NCBI GenBank assembly: GCA_012295275.1
Contig: CM022665.1
Coordinates: 41,850,001 to 41,914,000 of the forward strand
Direction of reading: 5' to 3'
Source of the DNA: Chrysomallon squamiferum
Taxonomy: Eukaryota > Animalia > Mollusca
DNA length: 64,000 nucleotides
Shown in pieces: positions 55,417 through 64,000 of this stretch (position 1 is its first letter; every line of letters begins with the position of its first letter). Both the position numbers and the translations under genes were made by a program. Below the pieces are notes generated by a model. That model did no database searches. It was not told the origin of the DNA and saw only the letters and a program-made list of their open reading frames with translations.

Positions 55417-57675
55417 TATTATATATACATATATATATAAATTCAAATTCATATAAACCTTTCATAACAGAAATCCAAAAGTAAAAAAACAAAAGTACAA
55501 TTTTATTATTAATAATGAAACATTGTTCACAATAAAACTGTTGTCATTAACAATTAACATTAATATTCAGGGGCATTTTTTAAAATTTGCATTACCGTAT
55601 AGAACTGTTTTTCTGTAAAGATTATTAAATGCCCCTGGGTGATTCCTTTTGAAACAATACCTGATCCTCAATTAAAAGAATGTTTAGAAGTAGCCAATGA
55701 AAACTCCAATAAAGAAATAAGTAATTTAAATCTCAATAATTTGGTGTTAGTAACTTCATTTAAAATACAGAGAGCAACTGCATTTCATGACACAACAGAA
55801 TATGAATTTCAGGTCTGGAGAAATGAAAATAATCACCTGCAGCATTTGACAAATATTCAACGACTTCCAGCCCCAAATCCAAATCACAGACCTCTTTCTT
55901 TGAGTCATCTAACAGTTTCTTCTTACCACTGCGATCATCAAAGTGACTCGATAACATTGGAGCTCCTGTGAAAGTGTAAGAAATGATTCAAATAAAAATA
56001 TCAAACAATACAGAATCCAATAGTCATTTTATGAAAAATATTTGTTTTGTATCAAATGAAAATATAACTTTGTTTTATTATCGTAATCTTATATCAGTTA
56101 TTTCTTTATCTATAGTGTTTTTTTGTTACTGCTTATATTTTACTTTTTTATTGTTATTATTATTCAAATGAAATATAGTATTATTAATTCTATTTAAACT
56201 GCTGTTGTCCATATAAATTTCAAAAACATAAAAATTCAAGTCAGTGATATGAGCACACAGTCATCATTCCACAGATTACTCTTTATCATTTAGCAACATG
56301 AATCTTTCATATACACCTTCCCATAGAAGGAAAAAGATATAGTTCTGAAGGATAAACTGAAATGAGATAATCCTAATCATACAAGTCACTTATATGTGGT
56401 TAAGTATAAGAATGTTTACCCACCTCCTACTGAAGCTATCAGTTCTCCACACCGAATGTTCAGATTGACCCGTGTGGTGCAGTAGCTCTGACCTGCCCCA
56501 AACTGTGGGTGGTGGATCTGGTTTTCTTTGTTGTGCATTGACATGTTGCCACAAGATCTGTACAGGGCAACCAGAACCCGTTCATCCTCCAGTAATACTT
56601 GAAGAAGAACCCGTCTTGTAAAACCTGACAGGGGTACAGCACCAAAAAATGGGCCTAAAATATTTAAAAAAAAAAAAAAATGAAAAAAATGTAATGAAAT
56701 GAAAATATTTATATATACTTTAAGACATTCATAAAGATTAAAAAATAAAAAAAATTAAAATGTTATTTTTTATGATTTAGTTAAATTATTCTTATTATTA
56801 TTCTTATTTTTGTTATTATTTATACATACGTGACACATATACAAACACACACACATTCATTATGATGCAAACAAACAAGATATGTGAAAATTCAAGAAAA
56901 TGTAATAACACTGACAAAACAAGAAGAAGAAAAAGATACTTTAATAACATATCTAAGTAAACAAGTTAGGAATGAAAATATCACTAGGGTTACATTGCTA
57001 GTAAAAGCATGAATTAAAAAACTACACACACAAAAAAAAAAAAAAAAAAAAAAAACCACACACAAAAGGAAACAAAAGAAAATAAATATACCTGTTCTAT
57101 TATTTCCCTGTTCTCGAATGACGTCACAAAGAACTTTAGCAAAGAACAGCTGGTTCATGGAGTGACAGGATATCACACTGGTGAAGAAGCGAATTGCTGA
57201 TGTTTCAACATTTGATCTTTCTTCAGCAGTCATCACCTGTTGTAAAATGAAGCATTTAGAATAATCAAATATCAAACTATACAAGCAAAATAAGTATTAT
57301 CTGTTTTAATATAAAGTGCAAAATAAATATTTATTTACACTGAGTTAGCAGCAATTATTTTGAAAATATAGAACTCAGACAAAACTGGATAAAATACTGT
57401 GAAATGTACTTAAATGAAATTGTTAGACTGAATAGTTCACATTAAAACATTTTTTTTATCATGAATATTAATAGTGACAAAATAAAATTAAATAAAAAAA
57501 AAAAATATAAAATGAAACGTTAATAAAACAAAAGCAAATAAAACAAATAAAACTAGAAAATATTGGTATCAAATTATATTAAATTAATTTTAAAAATTAT
57601 AAAACAAATATATAATAATAATAATAAATAATAAATAATAAATTCAGTAAAAAAACACTAAAACTCCTGTTTCCC

Positions 57676-57706
<31 letters not shown>

Positions 57707-60700
57707 CTGTTAATTTTTTAAAAAGAACAATCAAGTATTTACTAGAAGAATAAAATTTAAAAAAACCTGTGTTACCTGAGCATTAGAAACCACAGAGCAC
57801 AGTGTCTGTGTTTGGGGAGCATTGCACAACATGGTCAGTAAAATTGGCCAGAAAATGTTTCCATCCTGGCTTCCAATCCAGTCTTTCATCATGTACTCAG
57901 AAGACACTTCAGCAAAGAAATCCAATATGGCTGACACCAAATCTGCTGATGCTATCCAGTTCTGATCTGCTGAGATCAAACAGAAATTTAAATGAAAATT
58001 ACACCTGTAATTTTTAAATGAAGAATATTAAACCAAGATTTTGTTTAAAATTTATTATTATTTTGTTTTAATGTGGTGATCATAAATATGTACTTAAGAA
58101 TTCAGAAAATCATATTTGACATTTACGGAATTAATTTTACTGCAGTAATAGGAATTTGCTTTGAGAAATTTAATAGCTTAATATAAATGTTATATTATTA
58201 AAATCGTGGATCTTTATAATCATTAAATGGGGCTTAAAATGCTTTTTAATTTTACCTGTAGTTGTTGATCCAGTATTCTCTGATGAAGATGACTTAGCAG
58301 CTTCAGCTGAACTTTCTGTCGCAGTCCCTGAACTTTTATCTGGAGACTCAGTTGAGCTCTCTGTGACTTCAGTGATGGTAAGTGACAACTCTTTCTTACA
58401 GAACTCGTACAGGATCTGTGCCAGAACCGCTGGGAATCCAGAATCCAACAACTGTTTTATTGCCACTGGAGACATACACACCACGGCCAGAGTCGACAGC
58501 CTCGTTTTGTTCAGAGTCATGTTGCGGAATTCTTGAAGGGTGACGGAAGGAGAATAAATATTCTGCTCCGACTGAGGGTTGGCTTCTTTGGAATCATCCG
58601 TCATGGTTCCCTGATGGAAGTGCAGCGTGTCCTTGCAGTCGTCGGAGATGGAGGCGTTGAGGCTGCTGTTGAAGCTGATGATGATTCGCATCCACTCCAG
58701 GATCGTGGTGAAGAATTCGGGCTGAATGTGGCACACTGAACACAGCACATAGTCTACGGCTTTCTTCAGCAGTGACACCACGGGAAGCATTATTGACCAG
58801 TCATACAAAGTCCTGCAAGTATTTTGTCAATTCTGGTTTCAGTTTTTGATCTATTTATTTAATCATCATCTAATGTTGATGCTTTTGTGTTTAATGTTTA
58901 AGTCTGCCAAATTGTAGCATTTTTTCACTGGTGTTTTCTTTTTCTTTTTTAATTTTCTGTTAATTTTTGTTTTTTTATTTTGGTCTTTTTTTTTAACTTA
59001 TCAAAAATAGAATTTGCTAAACATTTTAAAATTCTCTTTTTTTCACTCTCTATTGTTTTGCATACTGAACTAATAATATCTGCTATACAGTTTTTTCTAT
59101 GAATACATTTTGCTTTAGCTAGATTAATTAGTTCCCATAGAAAAATCATTATTATTTATTCTCATAAAACATTCTTAATGAATGAAGACCATCTAATTCT
59201 ATACAGACAATATTACATCAACATAAATTTCAAATAAATAGAGCTATTATTCTCATAAAATATTCTTAATGAGTGAAGAACATTTTACTGTACATGAACA
59301 TGGACATCATCAACATAAAATAAAATTAATTTTTCTGTAAATTTAAATGACTAAAATTATCCTTTATAAACATACATGCTTACAGATTTTAACTTTTTCA
59401 TTAAATACCTTACCTGACCAACTCTTTATTAAGTAGCTGACCAAGATCATAGGCCACAGGCAGTTCCTGGCTTTGCCAGAGTATTGCAGCTACGCAGTGG
59501 ACGTGGGCAGCAGCAGGATTGGGTAGAGAGCACCACTCTGCGTCGTGCTGGGCAGACTGCTGGCTGACATCTTCCCCGCTGGCTGACTTATGTAGAGCAG
59601 CCTGGGCACTGTCGTTTAACCACTGCAGAAGTGACTTGACTCTGAAACAACAATGATTGTAATTAATAACAGAAGATATCCTACAATTTGTATCTCGACT
59701 TTTCAAAAAAGATTTCTTCATTCATTTTTTTTTTTTTTTTTCTCTTTCCTTCAGTAAATAAAAACTAGTACAAAACTATTTGTTTGAAATGATTCAAGTT
59801 GGTTATAAAATGAGTTAAAAGTCAGCCAGAGCAATAGCAGAATTCAAATTATTTTGGTTTAGATCACAAACAGCATCCTAATCATCAAATCGATATAAAA
59901 TCATCTTAAAACATCTTAAAACATGTGGCATAAAATTGTAACATGAAATTCAAAAATACTAAAATTATTTAAAGACATACCTTGCCATGGTTCCTGCATC
60001 TTGCACAGTTCCAAGTTGATACAACAATTCCACTGTGGACTCACTGGCTGCTCCTCCAACACGACCCAGATATGGATGTGTCCCTGTCAATCAAAGAGGC
60101 AATAACTTAAGACGGTTCTTTCATTATAATTGTTTAAAAACATTAGTTAAAAAATAAAATATAAACACACATTTTAAAGATCAATCAACATGACCCAGAT
60201 ATGGGTGTGTCCCTGTTCAGTCAAAGAGGCTATAACTTAAGACGGTACTTTCACTGTAATTGTTTTAAAAACATTAGTTAAAAATTAAAACATAAAAACA
60301 CATTTTAAAGATCAATGTGTAATCTATATAATTAATCACTAAAATAAAAAGAAAAAATGGGTAAGTAGTCAGAAAGTATTTAAAAATAATAATAATACAT
60401 TTTTTTTTAAAATTAATAACAGATAAAAGAAGTGAAATTAAAACATTTTAACTTATTTCATTAATAAATGATTATTCAAACCATCAATTTCTTATCTCAT
60501 ATATCAATAAACAACTACATCGTACTTCAAAAATTATTAATATAAAAATGTGATAAAGTGTCCCAAAAACCCCACAAAAAATTGTCTTAAATTCCTGAGA
60601 AATAAAAGAAAGAAATGGTGAATACCAAAAAATTACAAACCCCACCCACAAAAAACCCACAAAAAAACAACCCCATAAGTAAATATAAAATAAGGTGAAA

Positions 60701-63700
60701 TTAAAACAGAGGTATTTTATGATAATGATAATTTTATGTTAAACAATTACCTGGTTCTCTGACTATAGATGGATTTCTCAGAATGTTGTCAATGAGGGCA
60801 AGACCCATTGCTTTAGAATGCAGACCAATCTTCAGCAACACTGACTCAATGTTGGGACCATAGAGTGTTGCGAGTGACGACATCAACAAAGATGTGCATG
60901 TGGGCAGCAGGTTGGGAGTAGGTGCAGCTGCAGCAGCAACAGCATCCTGAATGTCTGTGTGGGATGTCAGACAGTGATGTAGAACCCTCAACCAACCAAT
61001 GCTGAAGAAGACAAATATATTTTGAATACGTGTATAAACAATAAAGTATCTTTTTTAAAGAAACAGTTAACTCTATAACAGTAAAATAATTTATATTCTT
61101 TTATTTCATAATGATTTTTATGAACTGTAACTTTATTCTAATAAAACAGTAAGTTTAAGTAGCTAAATTTTACAAACATTAAATATTCCAAGATTAAAAA
61201 AAAAAAGAAAAAAAAAAGAAAAAAGAAACATCTTGATATTTTTGCTAAATTCATTAAAAATTACAGGTTAAATCTTCAGCACATAAAAATAACAGCTATC
61301 CAGCAACAGTGACAAAAACCACTTATCATATCCTAACCATAACCAGTCGGAAAATTTCAACAAAACAAACAGAATGATCTGAAAACCAACCAAATCAAAA
61401 TACAACATCACTCTAACCTTACATGTAATTACATCTCACCTTGACTTAGACACTGAATCGTCTGCAGCATAGTATGTGATTCCAATCTTGTTGACGTCTC
61501 TGAATGCACTGTAGCCCATGAGGAGGATCTGCGACAATCCGATGGTCATCGAGTCCAGAGCTCTGTGTAGCCTCACTGTTACTGAGGATGTTACTTCAGC
61601 CTTTGGCAACACAATCTTTATGTAGGCTAGGCTAGATGTTTTCAGTGGAGGGCAGAGAGGAGATAGGGTTGATCCATCGTGGCTGATTTCAAGAGAAACG
61701 AAGGAAGGACATGCTGGTAAAAAAAAAAAAAAAAAAGAAAGTAAAAAAACTGTATTCAACAGATTTCATTACACTAATGGAACAATAAGCTGGCTGCAGC
61801 CTTATTGTTAGGAGGACTGCATTGCTGAACAGCTATGGGCCAAGACAACAACAACGATGATGATGATATGAATTAACTGAAATGTAATTTTGTGTTTTAT
61901 GATAATTAAAAATAAAATTATTATTTACATACATACTAAATCTTCATTTTATATAATTAATTGTAATGAAAATGTGAATATGTGAATGTTATCAACATAC
62001 TACTAAATCTAAAAAACATACTTTTCTTAATTTGGAATGTAAACAAAATTTGGAATGTTTAAATGACCTGTCAGTTTTATCACTTTATTAAAATGTTCTC
62101 CAAAAAGGAAAAGGAGAAGAAACGTATACATACTTGAGATGGAAGAGCCATGAGGCTGTATCTGAACTTCTTTGAGCAGGATGGCAAAGGGTAGATGTAT
62201 TGTGAGATCCACCCAGGCTTCGTCTGGGTAGAAATGGTAGGACCAGGCAGCAGACCGGGCACGTCTGTGAGGTGGAGATGTCTGGATCAAAACATCAGCT
62301 GGACTCGCAGTAGGGCTGTTGGATGAAATAGAACCTGAAAAACAGAAATAAAAATATTTGCTAGTCTGTATTTTATCATGCAATATTTTTATTATTATTA
62401 TTATTATTATTATTAGTTTTTATTCATATATTTATTTATTTTATTTTTTTCTTGTTGTTACTGTTGGTTAAGAATATTTATAAAAATTTTATAAATTATT
62501 TTAAATTATTAAAAACATTATTAATTATTACCTTAGTAAAACTTTTAATAAAACATAACACCAAAGAAAAACAGAAATTCATATTTTAATAAAAAAAAAA
62601 CAAAAACATAAAAAAAAAAAAAAATAATAATAATAAACTGCTCATTTTCATGGACATTATGTGGATTTTTTTTTTAACTAATACTTTTTTTTTTTTGCTT
62701 TACTTGAAAAGAATTTTATTATTATTATTATTTGGTTTACTTCAATATAACTTAACAGCAAAGACTGAAAATGGTATTTCAGTAAAATAACTTTCTAAAA
62801 CTATACAAGATATTTTCTGTAACTCAGTAACAGTACATGTGTACAAGACATGATAAGTCTCTGTATCATTTCTTCTAAACTTACACCCACCTAATGGAGC
62901 AAAGTTCTGAATTGTATCAGTGTCAGTATCACTGACTTTGTCGATGTTGCCTGTACGCCCATAGTTGAGGTTCTGCATGATGGTGGAGATGAGACTTGGG
63001 TTGATGTTGATGATGGAGCTGCTGCATCTCACCAGATTTCTGCAAACAACTTCAATACCACCTGAAAACAAAAACATACATCTAGAAATTGGCTTTAAAA
63101 CAATTATTTCAAAATATTTAAAAAAAAGAAAAGAAATGACAATAAGGAAAAAACATGCTTTTTGTCTTTTATTTGGATTTTAGATTCAAGCAAAGACAAA
63201 AGATAGAACTTTTAATAATGGAGAAAGAACTGTAAGTCATTAAAAAATCTTTTGAAAATACAATAATGGCACTTAGCAGTACTTCTGAAGTTTAGATATT
63301 GCTTAATGAGATATCATTTTTAATTCTAAAGCTAATAAAAATGCCACTGTTTTACTCAAGTTTTATTCAATATTTAGCAATATTGTTTACAACAATTACA
63401 ATTAGATTCGAATCATCTAGTCTTACCCATTTCCAGAAACAACTGAATCTTTCTGCTGCTATCCAAAATGGAGATAATAAACCAAAGGAGAGGTTCTGAC
63501 ATCCTGCAGAGGGCATTCTGAGTGTAGCTTCCTGACAGGTAGTCAAACAGGGCCTTCAGAATGAGCTTGGGATCTGATGTGTGCTTCATGAAGCACAGCA
63601 TGATCTGACAGACTCCGTCACCCACACAGCATGGATCACCAGCCGGCAGTACATCAGACAGACTCTCTATCCCTGCCTGGCCTATCAGTGCTGCTGAAGT

Positions 63701-64000
63701 GTTGCTGGTGCAGTAGCTCAGTGTTCTTATCAGGTTCTGCATGACAGCAGGATGACCGAGAATGAAGTCGCACAATCTGCGACACACTCCGTCTGTAACT
63801 TGACCTCGGTCAGTGTTACTGGCTTCAATACCGGCAGCAACTGCCGCCGATTCTGTCTTCTGTTCATCAGTCTGGTGACCTTTCTCATCATCTGAAATTG
63901 CCGTTGGTGTAGATGTCGCAAGAGCCTGGCTAAGCCTGCTGGTGTCAAAGAGGTTGTCGAGTGCCATCAGAGAAGATGCTTCAAATCTCTCCTCCTGAAC
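45127..64000 (-). CDS. BIRC6: Baculoviral IAP repeat-containing protein 6 (BRUCE/Apollon), 3' portion: 27 exons, 1959 codons including stop; 5' part beyond window end
   Basis: Conserved BIRC6 motifs [59 protein letters not shown], and the UBC domain ([28 protein letters not shown], catalytic Cys). All 26 introns are GT-AG with mutually consistent phases. Confidence 0.97.
46104..46238 (-). CDS. BIRC6: BIRC6 penultimate exon
   Basis: [21 protein letters not shown]...HSTLALK. Confidence 0.94.
46718..46906 (-). CDS. BIRC6: BIRC6 exon (UBC)
   Basis: [24 protein letters not shown]...[13 protein letters not shown]. Confidence 0.96.
47267..47344 (-). CDS. BIRC6: BIRC6 exon (UBC catalytic Cys)
   Basis: [26 protein letters not shown]. 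Confidence 0.96.
47990..48151 (-). CDS. BIRC6: BIRC6 exon (UBC)
   Basis: [23 protein letters not shown]...[12 protein letters not shown]. Confidence 0.96.
48709..48923 (-). CDS. BIRC6: BIRC6 exon (start of UBC domain)
   Basis: TFEMV...[35 protein letters not shown]. Confidence 0.95.
49298..49402 (-). CDS. BIRC6: BIRC6 exon
   Basis: ETDLTLLQ...[15 protein letters not shown]. Confidence 0.88.
49854..49987 (-). CDS. BIRC6: BIRC6 exon
   Basis: SNKGKNG...[21 protein letters not shown]. Confidence 0.9.
50323..50681 (-). CDS. BIRC6: BIRC6 exon
   Basis: VLGSYINP...[27 protein letters not shown]...CVDTYASRL. Confidence 0.95.
50768..51021. mobile_element. hAT (Charlie-like) MITE in a BIRC6 intron, 254 bp
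   Basis: TIRs CATAGGTTTTCAACC / GGTTGAAAACCAGTG (13/15); 8-bp TSD ATTTAGGC / ATTTAGGA (7/8). Confidence 0.8.
51291..51482 (-). CDS. BIRC6: BIRC6 exon
   Basis: ...[23 protein letters not shown]...[10 protein letters not shown]. Confidence 0.94.
52136..52350 (-). CDS. BIRC6: BIRC6 exon
   Basis: [19 protein letters not shown]...[14 protein letters not shown]...HHAPRV. Confidence 0.94.
52875..53085 (-). CDS. BIRC6: BIRC6 exon
   Basis: ...[45 protein letters not shown]. Confidence 0.94.
53627..53880 (-). CDS. BIRC6: BIRC6 exon
   Basis: ...[25 protein letters not shown]...EYYD|GTGAGT. Confidence 0.9.
54330..54522 (-). repeat. ~3 copies of a 69-bp tandem unit spanning a BIRC6 exon end and 5' splice site
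   Basis: Minus-strand unit AGTGCAGA(T/A)(C/T)ACA(G/A)TA(A/G)GATTCATCATT.TACTC...GTGTTATTGAAATGTTATTTTATATC, period 69. Confidence 0.85.
54508..54666 (-). CDS. BIRC6: BIRC6 exon (possible in-frame alternative donor at 54370)
   Basis: [20 protein letters not shown]...YLSADH A|GTAAGA. Confidence 0.82.
55184..55366 (-). CDS. BIRC6: BIRC6 exon
   Basis: MCAKEKREK...[12 protein letters not shown]...HKAFK. Confidence 0.85.
55837..55965 (-). CDS. BIRC6: BIRC6 exon
   Basis: [13 protein letters not shown]...EYLSNAA; phase-consistent GT-AG boundaries. Confidence 0.8.
56424..56654 (-). CDS. BIRC6: BIRC6 exon
   Basis: [30 protein letters not shown]...HHPQFGAGQ. Confidence 0.88.
57092..57236 (-). CDS. 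BIRC6: BIRC6 exon
   Basis: [18 protein letters not shown]...[13 protein letters not shown]. Confidence 0.9.
57776..57969 (-). CDS. BIRC6: BIRC6 exon (NAGNAG acceptor, alternative start 57966)
   Basis: [21 protein letters not shown]...MKDWIGS...[10 protein letters not shown]. Confidence 0.88.
58256..58812 (-). CDS. BIRC6: BIRC6 exon
   Basis: [10 protein letters not shown]...[17 protein letters not shown]...[11 protein letters not shown]. Confidence 0.92.
59414..59641 (-). CDS. BIRC6: BIRC6 exon
   Basis: [12 protein letters not shown]...[16 protein letters not shown]...KELV. Confidence 0.92.
59981..60083 (-). CDS. BIRC6: BIRC6 exon
   Basis: [33 protein letters not shown]; acceptor GACAG|, donor AG|GTATGT. 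Confidence 0.88.
60063..60315. repeat. Tandem duplication (~130 bp period) spanning a BIRC6 3' splice site
   Basis: 60063-60185 closely matches 60193-60315 (GACCCAGATATGG.TGTGTCCCTGT...CATTTTAAAGATCAAT). Confidence 0.9.
60751..61001 (-). CDS. BIRC6: BIRC6 exon
   Basis: [14 protein letters not shown]...LKIGLHS...VREP. Confidence 0.92.
61440..61713 (-). CDS. BIRC6: BIRC6 exon
   Basis: [13 protein letters not shown]...[14 protein letters not shown]...SVSKS. Confidence 0.92.
62134..62334 (-). CDS. BIRC6: BIRC6 exon
   Basis: [32 protein letters not shown]...HGSSIS. Confidence 0.93.
62891..63061 (-). CDS. BIRC6: BIRC6 exon
   Basis: [11 protein letters not shown]...QNFAPL G|GTGGGT. Confidence 0.9.
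63427..64000 (-). CDS. BIRC6: BIRC6 exon (5' boundary at or beyond window end)
   Basis: ...[26 protein letters not shown]|GTAAGA. Confidence 0.88.

Overview
AT-rich, microsatellite-dense eukaryotic genomic DNA from an invertebrate animal; a mollusc or other lophotrochozoan is my inference. Most ORFs in the supplied track are simple-repeat noise. Three protein-coding loci are supported. (1) Minus strand: two homologous but diverged ATG-bearing exons of a TWIK/KCNK1-like two-pore (K2P) potassium channel at 30882-31059 and 1621-1858. Each encodes the N-terminus, TM1 and the cap helix up to the cap cysteine, and both end in a phase-1 GT donor at the same position. I found no pore-domain exons in the 29 kb between them, which suggests duplicated alternative first exons on one shared channel core lying left of the window. 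(2) Plus strand: a complete 4-coding-exon LRR1 gene (CRL2 substrate receptor, 420 aa, 38277-41241) with a candidate E2F site upstream. (3) Minus strand: the last 27 exons (1959 codons including the stop) of BIRC6/BRUCE/Apollon with its UBC domain (45127-64000), convergent with LRR1. Also present are a Tigger/pogo-type MITE, a hAT MITE with an 8-bp TSD, a Tc1/mariner transposase relic, SINE fragments and minisatellites. Several local duplications copy BIRC6 splice sites.
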